Origin: Myxococcales bacterium
Lineage (GTDB): Bacteria > Myxococcota_A > Polyangia > GCA-2747355
Direction of reading: 5' to 3'
DNA length: 64,000 bases
Assembly: GCA_020431405.1 (NCBI GenBank)
Contig: JAGQIK010000352.1
Span: 5,316 to 69,315, forward strand
Part shown: one piece after another, positions 54,741 through 64,000 of the stretch
Numbering within the stretch: position 1 is the first letter of the stretch
Layout: each line of letters opens with the position of its first letter
Notes under the pieces: generated by a model
The model's database searches: none
What the model was told of the DNA's origin: nothing
Seen by the model: the letters and a program-made list of their open reading frames with translations, nothing else
Program-made: the position numbers and the translations under genes

Positions 54741-56186
54741 CTACAGCGCGACCATCGCGGGGGCCGCGCGTCTCGCCTCGCCGAGCACCATCGGCACGCT
54801 GACGTCCGCGTCGAAGGCGAACAGTGCGGCGCGCGCACCGTGGCGCAGGTAGATCACGACGAAGCCGTCGGTGCGTACCACGAGCTCGTTGGTGACTGCC
54901 TCGTTGGTCGCTCTCAGCACGTGCAACAGGTGCAGCAGCGCCGTGCCGCCGCGCGTGGCGTCGTCGAGATGCGCGGCCGCGAGGGCAGCGAGCACGAGCT
55001 GCTGCTCGGCCTCGGGCGAGCCTTCGCCGAGTGCGATGATGCGCCCGCTCGGCGCGTCGCATACGGCGACCAGCGCACGCTCGCGCAGCTTGCGCGCCGC
55101 CGCCTGCAGTGCCGCTGGCGCTGGCGAGCGCTCGACGTGGTGGATCGGTCGCGGCAGGCTCTGCTCGGGCTGCGTCGTGCGCGACGTCTCGCACGCTTTG
55201 AGCGCGGCGTTGGCTAGCTGCGCGCGCGCTGCGACGCCAGCGCCGTAGGCCAGCGCGAGCCGCCGCGGGCTCGAGACCAACAGCAGCTCGTTGAAGCGAT
55301 CGCCGCAGCCGACCATCCGGGTCGCGCCTTCGTCGGGGATCGACGGCAGCTGCAGCAGCTGCGCGCCGTGGGCGAGCTTTCTGAGCAGGCCGATGGTGGC
55401 AGCGGGCACGCCGAGCGTGTCGAGCGGCAGCGGCGCCGCGGCGCGCGCCGGATCGCGCCACAGCAGCAAGCTCGTCGCGGCGACGTCACGGCTGAGCTCG
55501 AAAAAGCGCGACGCGGCGCAAGCGGGCGTGTCATCGAGAGCAGCGGCGACGGCCTGGCAGACGTCGAGCGTGCTGAAGCAGAGGCGCTGATCGTAGTCGG
55601 CGACCTTGCCGAACCAGTGTTCGGTCCAGCGGTGCACCTCCTTGCTCGCCGCCGTGTACATCTTCGCCTCGTCATCCATGTGCGCGTGAGCGACGGAGAC
55701 GAGCGACATGGTGCACAGCGTCAGCAGCGCGCGCCGCGCCAGGGGAAGGTCGCTCGCCAAGAGCTCGCCCACCGACCGCTTCTGGGCGACGGCTTCGCGT
55801 GCCGCGCGCTGGAGCGCGCGCGCCGCCTCGTCGTCGATCTCGGTGATGCGCGCGTGAAGCGAAGGCTGTCGCGGATCGTTGACGTAGCCCACGCGGCCGC
55901 CGCACATGACGAAGCCGCCGCGTTCAGCGCCCGGCTCGCCGAGCAGCAACAGCCCCGTCTCGGAGGTGCCTTCGGCGCGTTCGAGCAGCCGCACCACACG
56001 CTGCAAGATCTCGAAGCTCTCGTGTGCGTGTGTTTCGGTCGCGCCCGGCTCGCGGCGCGCGGGGCGCAGGTGCGTCAGCGTAGGACGATTGCGTATGCCC
56101 CGCCGTGGCGGGCCGTCGTCGAGCAGGGGCGCGTCGACTGGCGCGACACCGAGCAAGGTTTCGTTGCGGCGAGGATCTCGGTCCAT
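54741..56186 (-). CDS. hypothetical protein
   Basis: 481-aa ORF with protein-like composition, no motif recognised; start uncertain. Confidence 0.35.
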   Translation of the reverse strand: MDRDPRRNETLLGVAPVDAPLLDDGPPRRGIRNRPTLTHLRPARREPGATETHAHESFEILQRVVRLLERAEGTSETGLLLLGEPGAERGGFVMCGGRVGYVNDPRQPSLHARITEIDDEAARALQRAAREAVAQKRSVGELLASDLPLARRALLTLCTMSLVSVAHAHMDDEAKMYTAASKEVHRWTEHWFGKVADYDQRLCFSTLDVCQAVAAALDDTPACAASRFFELSRDVAATSLLLWRDPARAAAPLPLDTLGVPAATIGLLRKLAHGAQLLQLPSIPDEGATRMVGCGDRFNELLLVSSPRRLALAYGAGVAARAQLANAALKACETSRTTQPEQSLPRPIHHVERSPAPAALQAAARKLRERALVAVCDAPSGRIIALGEGSPEAEQQLVLAALAAAHLDDATRGGTALLHLLHVLRATNEAVTNELVVRTDGFVVIYLRHGARAALFAFDADVSVPMVLGEARRAAPAMVAL

Positions 56187-56359
56187 ACTGAGTGAAACGA
56201 CCGCGAGCGCGGATGATCAGCGTATCACGGGGAAGCAGGCAAAACGCGAGGGAAAGCGCCCAGTTCAGGGCCAAGCTGGCACTGTTCGTGATTTTTCTGT
56301 GCTTTGAGCTACAATTATTCTGACGGGCTATCCGCTCGCTGGATTAAAGGGTTTGGACC

Positions 56360-57259
56360 GTGCCGCCGTTGTCCATGGACAGGATGGTCAGCTATCAGCA
56401 GCGCATCGAGTACGGCGGCCTGACGTTCGAGGTCGCGACGCGGCCGATGTTCGACGCCGGCGACAGCTTCACCATCGAAGCGACCCTCCGTTTTGGCGAG
56501 CAGCTGGTGGCGGCGCGACGCGCGCAGGCCGCGCCGCCCGAGGAGCGTATTCGCGTTCACCACCTGGTCGCACACCATCACCGCTGGCTGGTGATGGACC
56601 TCGCCAGCGGGAGCTTCGACGAAGAGATCGCTGCCACGCCGGGCACCGGCGAGTTCAAGGCGGTCGGCGCGAAAGCCGACGAGCGCGTGTTTGTCGAGGA
56701 CGCACATCAGAGCGTCGACGCGGTGATGCGCGGTTTGCTCGCCGGCGAGTCGCCGCTCGACAGCGGTCCCGTGCGCGAGCAGATCGCGCTGTCAGGATCG
56801 CTCGAAGTGCTCGGCCCGGCGGACCTCGTGCAGTACTTCGGCGGCGCTGGGCGCGCCGGCACGCTGAAGCTCGACGCCGACAAGCGCCGCGGCTTCGTCG
56901 AGCTGCGCGGCGGTCACGTGGTGGGGGCCAGCACGCCGACCATCCCGCGGCTCGGTGTGCTGCTCGTCGACGAGGGCAAGCTCGACGAGGTGCAGCTCGA
57001 GCGTGTCGTGCGTGCGCAGCGCGACGCCGCGGCGCCGATCCGGCTCGGCGCTGCGCTCGTCGCTGCCGGCCTCGTCACCAGCGATGACGTCTCGTCCGCA
57101 CTGCGCCGGCAGTGGCAGCTCGCGCTCGCCGAGATGATCCAGTGGCAGCAGGGGAGCTTCGAGTTTCACCCGCGCGCCGCCGGCGAGCAGCGCCCCGAAG
57201 AGGTGGCTGTCGCGCTCGATACGCAGACGCTGCTGCTCGACGTGCTGACGAGCGACTAG
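56360..57259 (+). CDS. DUF4388-domain protein
   Basis: AAAGGG RBS, GTG start; LSGSLEVLGPADLVQYFGGAGRAGTLKLDAD...GFVELRGGHVVGA matches DUF4388 core. Confidence 0.55.
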   Translation: MPPLSMDRMVSYQQRIEYGGLTFEVATRPMFDAGDSFTIEATLRFGEQLVAARRAQAAPPEERIRVHHLVAHHHRWLVMDLASGSFDEEIAATPGTGEFKAVGAKADERVFVEDAHQSVDAVMRGLLAGESPLDSGPVREQIALSGSLEVLGPADLVQYFGGAGRAGTLKLDADKRRGFVELRGGHVVGASTPTIPRLGVLLVDEGKLDEVQLERVVRAQRDAAAPIRLGAALVAAGLVTSDDVSSALRRQWQLALAEMIQWQQGSFEFHPRAAGEQRPEEVAVALDTQTLLLDVLTSD

Positions 57260-57265
57260 CGCCCG

Positions 57266-58066
57266 CTACTTCGCCGCGGACGACGACTGCGCGGCGAGCG
57301 CGTTGTACTGCCGCGGGTCGACGCGTCCGCGATAGCTGTTGGAGGCGAGCCGCAGCCGGCCCGCGCGCAGCTCGAAGCGCAGCAGCGCGCGCCGCGATCC
57401 TGCGAAGCGCTCGGCGTCGAAGCGCCAGAAGCGTCCATCGCGCAGATAGAGCCGGTGCAGGCTGTTGCCGCAGAACGAGCGCGCCATCGTCTGCAGGTCG
57501 CGCCACCGACCGTGTGCGTCGCGCGCCTGCTGCACGATAGGCAGCGCGCTGTCGAGCGCGTCGAACGCGACGGTGTGGCCGCTGTTGTTGACCAACAGCA
57601 ATCGAAGCGTCTTACCGCGCACATCGGCGACGAGCTGCAGCGACTTCTGGTGTGCCACCAGCCGGCGCAGCACGCGGTCGGCGCCGCGCAGCGCTCGCGA
57701 GGGGTTGGTCGACCCGGCGAACCCGCCCAGCGCGCGCCGGTCGGTGATGTCCGAGCGCGCCAGCCAGTGTGCGGTCGTCGCGCGCACGCGTGTGACCCTC
57801 GCGAACCGCGCGTGGCCCGAGCGCGGCGCGAGGGCGGCGATAGGCGAGGCGGGCCAGCGGCGCGCGAAGCGAGCGAGCGGGCCGACGAGGTCCGACGCGG
57901 CGAGGGCGTCGACGGAGCGCCGCCGCTTGGCCGTCGGGCGCGCGCTGGCCACGCGTCTGACGGCAGGCGGCACGCGCGAGCCCGGAGGGGGCGCGGCGCC
58001 GGCGCGAGCGCTCGCGGCACCCAGCATCAAGACGAGCGCTGCGACCAGTCGACGGGATGCGACCAC
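57266..58066 (-). CDS. secreted hypothetical protein
   Basis: Signal MVASRRLVAALVLMLGAASARA; Arg-rich. Confidence 0.45.
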   Translation of the reverse strand: MVASRRLVAALVLMLGAASARAGAAPPPGSRVPPAVRRVASARPTAKRRRSVDALAASDLVGPLARFARRWPASPIAALAPRSGHARFARVTRVRATTAHWLARSDITDRRALGGFAGSTNPSRALRGADRVLRRLVAHQKSLQLVADVRGKTLRLLLVNNSGHTVAFDALDSALPIVQQARDAHGRWRDLQTMARSFCGNSLHRLYLRDGRFWRFDAERFAGSRRALLRFELRAGRLRLASNSYRGRVDPRQYNALAAQSSSAAK

Positions 58067-58239
58067 ACACCTCCTGCGTCTCCAGCGTAGCGCATTCGCA
58101 TGGCCGAGGGGCGAGACCCCAGCGCTGCGCCGAGTACGCCAACAGTCGTTTGCACTCGGCGCCTGCGCGCGACGCGATCACTGGCGTTATCGCTGGTACA
58201 CGGCTTGCTCCACCAGCGCGCGTGACCTTCACGCTGCCG

Positions 58240-59361
58240 ATGCTCGCCACCGCCGCCGCGTTGACCGCGACGCTCTGCGTCGGCTGCGGCGCCGATGGCT
58301 CGCCGCCCTTCACGTCGCCGCGCGCAGACCTCGGCGCATCCGGCGATGACGCGGGTACGCCGCGCACGAGCCGCGGCGATGGTGCGACGCCCGAAGGCGA
58401 CGCGGGCAGCTCGCAGCAGGTCACGCACCTCCAGCTCGCCGAGCATTACGCGCCCGTCTGGTACCAGGACACCGACAGCCGCAACTACAAGGCCGACTAC
58501 ATCACGCGCTATGACTTCGATGGCGATACGCGCTCGGACAACAACTGGAACAACCTCGACAGCAAGTCGGCCGACCTGCGCGCCGTGATCTACTACTCGG
58601 TGGTCGAGACCGAGTCGCACTACTTCGTGCTCTACACCGACTTTCATCCGCGCGACTGGGCCAAGAGCTGCAGCACGTACCTGATCCCCGGCTATCAGCC
58701 GTGCCACGAAAACGACATGGAAGGCGCGATGGTCGTGGTGCGCAAGGTCGACGGCGAACCCTTCGGCCGCTTCGAGGTGCTCTACACCGAGGCGCACAAC
58801 GCGCTTCACATCTACAGCAACGAGCCCTCGGTCGCGCGACGCAGCGGCCGGCTGGAGTCGGTCGAGGTCACCTTCGAGGACAAGACGCACCCCGAGCTGT
58901 ACGTCGAATCCAAGGGCCACGGCGTGTGCGCGTTGCTGCACGAGGCGAGCTCGCACTGCCAGCGCGGCGTCGCCGATCCGCGCGAGTTCGACGGGGGCGA
59001 CGGGCTGGTCTACCGCTACAAGGGACGCGCCGAGGCGCCCCGCTCGGGCAACGACCGCGACGTCGGCTACGCGCTGCGCCCGCTGGGGCCGCTGTGGAAG
59101 CGGCGCGCCGACATCTGCGACGGCGGCTGCACGTTCGATGGCGAGATGCGCTACGCCGGCATGACGCTAGGCCTCGCCTTCGACGGCGATGACCACGGCG
59201 ACGACAAGGCCAACCCGCCCTGGGCCTGGGACGACCCCGACGATGGTGCGGTCGCGCGCGGTGATTTCTTCTTCCGTCCCGCCGAGACGCTCGACAAGCA
59301 CATCAAGCTCGACGGCGTTATCTCGAAGACCTATCTGCACAACCCGTATCTGCAGCCGTAG
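58240..59361 (+). CDS. hypothetical lipoprotein (possibly Vps62/DUF946-like)
   Basis: ATG 58240 gives MLATAAALTATLCVGCGADGS lipobox; HYAPVWYQDTD and AVIYYSVVETESHYFVLYTDFHP blocks; 61 upstream codons rejected. Confidence 0.5.
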   Translation: MLATAAALTATLCVGCGADGSPPFTSPRADLGASGDDAGTPRTSRGDGATPEGDAGSSQQVTHLQLAEHYAPVWYQDTDSRNYKADYITRYDFDGDTRSDNNWNNLDSKSADLRAVIYYSVVETESHYFVLYTDFHPRDWAKSCSTYLIPGYQPCHENDMEGAMVVVRKVDGEPFGRFEVLYTEAHNALHIYSNEPSVARRSGRLESVEVTFEDKTHPELYVESKGHGVCALLHEASSHCQRGVADPREFDGGDGLVYRYKGRAEAPRSGNDRDVGYALRPLGPLWKRRADICDGGCTFDGEMRYAGMTLGLAFDGDDHGDDKANPPWAWDDPDDGAVARGDFFFRPAETLDKHIKLDGVISKTYLHNPYLQP

Positions 59362-59396
59362 CGTTTCGGCGGCGACACTTTGCCTCGTCGCCGCTG

Positions 59397-60608
59397 ATGG
59401 CGGACAATCAGCAGGTGCCCTCCCTGCGACGCCCGCGTTTGCTGCTGCTGGTCTTGCTCGCGCCGGCGCTGAGCGCCGCGGGCTGCGGTGGCGCGTCGAC
59501 ATCGCGCGACGGCGCCGCGGGCGACCAGCGCATCGCCGACGCGCTCAAGTTCGGCGACGCCAAGGGCGGCGAGTGTCAGGCGGCTGCCGAGTGCGACGAC
59601 CAGAACCCGTGCACGCTCGACACCTGCAACAATGGCCGCTGCGGGCACGCGCCCGACCCCGCGGCGACAAGCTGCAGCGATGGCAACAGCTGCACCAGCG
59701 GCGACCACTGTGTAAACGGCAGCTGCGTTGCCGGCTCGCCGATCGCCAACAACGATCCATGCGAGGGCGAGGTCGGCTATTGCGGGCCGACGGGCTGTCT
59801 GCAGTGCCAGCTCAGCTCGCACTGCGCCGACATGGACGGCAACCCGTGCACGGTGCCGGAGTGCGCGCAGGGCGGATTCTGCGCCGAGGTGCCGGGCAAC
59901 AACGGCGGCAGCTGCGACGACGGCGACGCGTGCACCGACAGCGACACGTGTCAGGCCGGAAGCTGCGCCGGCACGCCGAAGGACTGCTCGCTGCCGCCCG
60001 ACGCGTGTCACAGCGCGGGCACTTGCGTGGCCGCCACCGGCCAGTGCGACTACCCGATCCTCGGCGGTGGCCCGTGCGACGACAATGACTCGTGCACCAG
60101 CGGCGACTACTGCAATCAGCAGGGTCAGTGTGTCGGCGTCGCGCAGTCCGGCTGGCAGCGCAAGGTCAGCATCGACTACCAGCAGAACGATCCGGACAAC
60201 AACTGGGCGGCGCTGCAGACCGCCAGCTACACCGTCGACGGCAAGATCACCGACGTGCGCGTCACCGGCTCATCCGACGACGGCGGCTATTGCTACGCCT
60301 ACTGGGGCACCGGCCACATCGAGCGCTATCGCCACGTCGGCAGCGTCGGCTTCTACAACGTCAACGGCCAGCTCTACATCCCCATCGGCGGCGGCGGCGG
60401 GCTGTGCCCGACCAACCCGCCGTCGTTCGACAACAACGGCACCGTCAGGATCTGTCAGGGCAACGCCGACGCGGGCGCCTTCGCCTACGGCAACGGAACG
60501 CTCGGCAGCGGCTTGGCTGTGGGCACGCAGATCAACGTCAAAGCGCGCCACGTCATCGGCAGCGGCGCTGACGCGGTGCACTGCTATCTCGAAGTGCGCT
60601 GCCCCTAG
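59397..60608 (+). CDS. Cys-rich lipoprotein with Dictyostelium-type (CxDxNxCTxDxC) repeats
   Basis: Lipobox LLLLVLLAPALSAAGCGG; repeats CDDQNPCTLDTCNNGRCGH, CSDGNSCTSGDHCVNGSC, CDDGDACTDSDTCQAGSC, CDDNDSCTSGDYCNQQGQC; C-terminal beta-rich domain. Confidence 0.65.
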   Translation: MADNQQVPSLRRPRLLLLVLLAPALSAAGCGGASTSRDGAAGDQRIADALKFGDAKGGECQAAAECDDQNPCTLDTCNNGRCGHAPDPAATSCSDGNSCTSGDHCVNGSCVAGSPIANNDPCEGEVGYCGPTGCLQCQLSSHCADMDGNPCTVPECAQGGFCAEVPGNNGGSCDDGDACTDSDTCQAGSCAGTPKDCSLPPDACHSAGTCVAATGQCDYPILGGGPCDDNDSCTSGDYCNQQGQCVGVAQSGWQRKVSIDYQQNDPDNNWAALQTASYTVDGKITDVRVTGSSDDGGYCYAYWGTGHIERYRHVGSVGFYNVNGQLYIPIGGGGGLCPTNPPSFDNNGTVRICQGNADAGAFAYGNGTLGSGLAVGTQINVKARHVIGSGADAVHCYLEVRCP

Positions 60609-60641
60609 TACCTGGTAGGCGCTGGCGGTGATGGCCAAGCC

Positions 60642-61406
60642 GTGTTAGTCGGAGGCGTGGAAAAGACCTCCGCCGGGCCGCTGCGCGTGCTCTTTTCGGT
60701 CGGCTTCTGGACCGTCTTCGCGCTGATCTGCATCGCGTTTCTGTTCATCGCCGTGACGCTGTGGCTCGTCACGTTCCCCTTCGATCGGCAGCGCCGCATC
60801 AACCACTACTTCAGCTGCTTCTGGGGCCATGTTTTTGTCGTGCTCTTTCCGGGCTGGCGACTGCGCGTCAGCGGCCGCCGCAACATCGACCGGCGCCAGA
60901 GCTACGTGATGGTGGCCAATCACACCTCGCTCGGCGACATCCCGTTCCTCTTCTCCATCTACCGCCAGTTCAAGTGGGTTAGCAAAGCCTCGGTCTTCAA
61001 GACGCCGGTGCTCGGCTGGAACATGTGGCTTTGCCGCTACATCCCGTTGGTGCGAAGCAACGCCGCCAGCATCGCCGCCATGATGGAGACCTGCCGCGAG
61101 TGGCTGCGCGCCAAGATGTCCGTGATGATGTTTCCCGAAGGCACACGCTCGGTGGATGGACAGCTGCAGCCTTTCAAGCACGGCGCGTTCACGCTGGCGC
61201 ACGAGGTGGGCTGCGCGGTGGTGCCGATCGCGATCCACGGCGGACACGAAGTGATGCCCAAGCATCAGCAGACGCTCGCGCCGCGAGCCCGCATCCACGT
61301 CGAGATCCTCGAGCCGATGTTTCCCGCGGACTACGGAGACGTGCAGAGCTTCAGCGACGCGGTGCACGCACGCATCCGGCTGGCGCTCGGGCAGGTCGCG
61401 GCCTAG
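60642..61406 (+). CDS. 1-acyl-sn-glycerol-3-phosphate acyltransferase (PlsC/LPLAT family)
   Basis: N-terminal TM; ANHTSLGD (HX4D) and FPEGTRS acyltransferase motifs. Confidence 0.75.
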   Translation: MLVGGVEKTSAGPLRVLFSVGFWTVFALICIAFLFIAVTLWLVTFPFDRQRRINHYFSCFWGHVFVVLFPGWRLRVSGRRNIDRRQSYVMVANHTSLGDIPFLFSIYRQFKWVSKASVFKTPVLGWNMWLCRYIPLVRSNAASIAAMMETCREWLRAKMSVMMFPEGTRSVDGQLQPFKHGAFTLAHEVGCAVVPIAIHGGHEVMPKHQQTLAPRARIHVEILEPMFPADYGDVQSFSDAVHARIRLALGQVAA

Positions 61407-61409
61407 GCG

Positions 61410-62918
61410 CTAGTCGCGCAGCCAGCGGCGCTGGCGCGCGGGCTTTGTCGCTCGGCGTCTGGCGCGCTCAGATCCGTCGTGCGAGCCAAGCTGGCGTGGC
61501 AGCGAGCGGTTGCTGCGCTGATAGTCGTCAGCCAGCAGCGCGCGGACGTGTGTGCTGTCCTCGCCGCGCTGCGCTTCGAGGAAACGAACGAGCAGCACGG
61601 CGAGTCGGTCGAGGGCGATGCTGTGGGTCTGGCCGATCTGCGTGTGCAGCCAGCGGCTGAGCTCGAAGAAGGCCTCGAAGGGCGAGTCGCCGGCGCAGAG
61701 CAGCGGCAGCAGCGAGCGGAAGTTGCCGCTGTTGGCGACGAGGTCCCAGTAGCGAGCGAAGCGCTTGATCTGCTGCAGCTCGGCGAAGCTGACGTCGGCG
61801 GTGGCGAGCACCTCGTAGGGCGGCGCCGACGAGTAGATCATGCCGAAGGCCTCGTCGTGGCGCGCGATGGGGGCGCCGTTGAGGCGCTTGAGCACGCCGA
61901 CCTGGATCTCGGCGGGCCCCAGCGCGAAGAGCTGATCGAAGCCGCGCCCGAAGGAGGCGAGGCTCTCGCCCGGCAGGCCCGCGATGAGGTCGGTGTGCAG
62001 GTAGACGCCGCGCTCGCGCAGAAAGCTGATGTTGTCGACGAGCCGTTCGCGCGACTGGCGGCGCGAGATGCGGCGGTTGACCTCGTCGTCCATCGACTGC
62101 ACGCCGACCTCGAACTGCAGCGAGCCGGCGGGGAACTGCGCGATCTCGTCGCGCAGCGGCTGCGGCAGGCGATCGGGGACGAGCTCGAAGTGAAGCAGCA
62201 CGTCGCCGGCGCTGGCGAGGCGCTCGCGAAAGAAACGCAGGATCCGCACCGCGCTGTCGATGGCGAGATTGAAGGTGCGATCGACGAACTTGAAGTGGCG
62301 CGCGCCGCGGTCGAGCAGGCGCTGCATGGCGGCGAGAAACGCCGTCTCGTCGAAGGCGCGCACGCCCTTGTCGAGCGCCGAGAGGCAGAATTCGCAGCGA
62401 AACGGGCAGCCGCGCGAGGCCTCGACGTAGATCACACGGTGCGCGATGTCGTCATCGTCGTACAGATCGTAGGGCAGCGCGAGCGTGGCGAGGTCGGGCG
62501 GCGCGGCGTCGATGATGTGCGCAGAGGGCCGCTCGCCCGCGACGAGGGCGGCGGCGAGCTCGGCGAAGGCGACGTCACCCTCGCCACGGATCACGTAGTC
62601 GGCGACGGAGGCGATGGGCTGGCGTTCGGTCTCGTGGCTGACCTCGGGGCCGCCGACGACGATCTGCACGTCGGGGGCGACGGCCGCGAGGGTGCGCGCG
62701 ACGGCGAGCGTCTGCTCGACGTTCCAGATGTAGCAGCCGAGCGCGACGACCTCGGGCGCATCGGCGAGGATGCGCTCGACGACATCCGATGGGCGTTCGT
62801 GGATCGTCAGCTCGAGCAGCCTCGCGCGCGGCCGCAGCGCGCCGAGGTTCGCCAGCAGGTAGCGCATGCCGAGCGAGGCGTGGATGTAACGCGCGTTGAG
62901 TGCGACGAGCGTGATCAC
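61410..62918 (-). CDS. B12-binding domain radical SAM protein (class B, DUF4080-type)
   Basis: N-terminal cobalamin-binding Rossmann-like region (VVALGCYIWN...VVGGPEVS), SRGCPFRCEFC radical-SAM cluster. Confidence 0.75.
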   Translation of the reverse strand: MITLVALNARYIHASLGMRYLLANLGALRPRARLLELTIHERPSDVVERILADAPEVVALGCYIWNVEQTLAVARTLAAVAPDVQIVVGGPEVSHETERQPIASVADYVIRGEGDVAFAELAAALVAGERPSAHIIDAAPPDLATLALPYDLYDDDDIAHRVIYVEASRGCPFRCEFCLSALDKGVRAFDETAFLAAMQRLLDRGARHFKFVDRTFNLAIDSAVRILRFFRERLASAGDVLLHFELVPDRLPQPLRDEIAQFPAGSLQFEVGVQSMDDEVNRRISRRQSRERLVDNISFLRERGVYLHTDLIAGLPGESLASFGRGFDQLFALGPAEIQVGVLKRLNGAPIARHDEAFGMIYSSAPPYEVLATADVSFAELQQIKRFARYWDLVANSGNFRSLLPLLCAGDSPFEAFFELSRWLHTQIGQTHSIALDRLAVLLVRFLEAQRGEDSTHVRALLADDYQRSNRSLPRQLGSHDGSERARRRATKPARQRRWLRD

Positions 62919-62972
62919 GCGTGGGAAGATACTATACTGATGGTCTTACGCCTCTTACTGCGAAGGATGTCC

Positions 62973-64000
62973 ATGAGCCGAGCTGTTTGGATCGCGGCGC
63001 TGTGTTTGACTGTCTGCGCTTGCTCGGATGATGGGGGCAGCGCTGTCGCCGACGCGAGCGACGGCGCGGCGCGCGACGGGCGCAGCGGCGATGGCGCTCT
63101 GCCGAGCGGCGATGGCGCCACCGACGTGCGGGTGCCTACCGCTGACGGGCGCACGGGCGACGGTCAGGTTGGCGGCGATGGCAGCACGCCGCAGCCTGAC
63201 AGCAGCGCGGCCGACAGCATCGCGGCCGACGGCAGCGGCGACGCACCCGCGCCGCAGTCAGACGGCGCCAACCCGCAGCCCGATGCGGGCGCGTCGCTGT
63301 CGGCGCTCGATGACGACTTCAACAATGCGCAGACCATGTCGTCGTGGATCAACCTCTACCCGGCGCGGTTGACGACGCTCGACATCGGCTCGAGCGCCGC
63401 CGGCCGGCTGACCATGGTGCCCGTCGCGCAGACCAACAACGCGTGGTACTCCGACAGCCGCGGGCCGCTGCTCTACAAGCTCGTCACGGGCAACTTCGTC
63501 GTCGAAGCCAGCGTGCGCATCGGGCGCACGAGCAATCCGGCGCTGCCGCCCACCGGGCAGTTCAACGCGGCCGGCTTCGTGATCCGCGATCCCGCCAGCA
63601 GCAACCCCGGCGGCGAACGCTGGGTGATGTACAACATCGGCTACCAGGACAGCGCCGTCGCGCGCGAGACCAAGACCACGCGCGCCGCCTCGGGCAGCTC
63701 GCTGTCGACGCTCTACCTCAACAACACGCCGTCCGCCTCGACGAGCGCGATACTGCGCGTCTGTCGCGTGGGCAATACGTTCCACTTCTTTCATCGACAC
63801 GGAAGCGCGAGCAGCTTCACCGCCGAGCCCTACGCGGCGAGCACGCGCATCAGCGGAAACGGCGCCGCTCAGGTCACACCAGGCACCACGCTCGGCTCGC
63901 CGATCCAGTTCACGCGTACTGACATGCCGGCCACGCTGCAGGTGGGCCTGATGACCGGCACCTGGGCTGCCCCGCACGACGCGCGCGGCGAGTTCGACTG
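62973..64000 (+). CDS. lipoprotein, partial (runs off window end), possibly ConA-like lectin/glucanase fold
   Basis: AAGGA RBS before ATG 62973; lipobox WIAALCLTVCACSDDG; Asp/Gly-rich linker; open frame to 64000 with no stop; not in ORF track because it lacks a stop. Confidence 0.55.
   Translation, partial: MSRAVWIAALCLTVCACSDDGGSAVADASDGAARDGRSGDGALPSGDGATDVRVPTADGRTGDGQVGGDGSTPQPDSSAADSIAADGSGDAPAPQSDGANPQPDAGASLSALDDDFNNAQTMSSWINLYPARLTTLDIGSSAAGRLTMVPVAQTNNAWYSDSRGPLLYKLVTGNFVVEASVRIGRTSNPALPPTGQFNAAGFVIRDPASSNPGGERWVMYNIGYQDSAVARETKTTRAASGSSLSTLYLNNTPSASTSAILRVCRVGNTFHFFHRHGSASSFTAEPYAASTRISGNGAAQVTPGTTLGSPIQFTRTDMPATLQVGLMTGTWAAPHDARGEFD

Noticed and set aside
1-64000. tRNA, rRNA, CRISPR arrays, IS elements or prophage genes
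   Set aside because: No cloverleaf-like conserved tRNA boxes, no regularly spaced direct repeats, no transposase, integrase or recombinase-like ORFs. Intergenic spaces are short, and the longest (25500-25718 and 42851-43179) were read base by base.

Overview
The window is about 70% GC, with very dense coding, frequent ATGA/GTGA start-stop overlaps and no transposases, integrases, tRNAs or CRISPR arrays. MYXO-CTERM-like tails, TSP3-OmpA, DUF4388, Dictyostelium-type Cys repeats, DUF1552/DUF1592 pairs and many lipoproteins point to a Myxococcota (probably Polyangia-like) chromosome. I call about 60 genes; most long ORFs in the six-frame track are GC-driven artefacts or wrong-frame extensions. 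The most unusual features are:
- A Bcp-type peroxiredoxin (41166-41639) with an in-frame TGA at the catalytic Cys codon and a hairpin just downstream that looks like a selenocysteine insertion element.
- An arsR-led operon (19572-25499) with a PsrA/PsrB/PsrC-like molybdopterin reductase and a split YeeE/YedE sulfur transporter plus rhodanese domain inserted between psrB and psrC.
- A 27-heme c-type cytochrome lipoprotein next to a translationally coupled DUF1592-family / DUF1552 / Cys-rich operon.
- A HAMP adenylate cyclase broken by a 1-nt homopolymer frameshift whose stop overlaps (ATGA) the start of a Ser/Thr kinase carrying a receiver-like tail.
- A sagB-like / tauD-like / Cys-rich lipoprotein operon.
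- A TetR gene ATGA-coupled to a radical SAM gene behind perfect operator palindromes.
- Seven cysteine-rich secreted proteins across the window.
All calls are from reading the sequence and from remembered family signatures; no database search was run.
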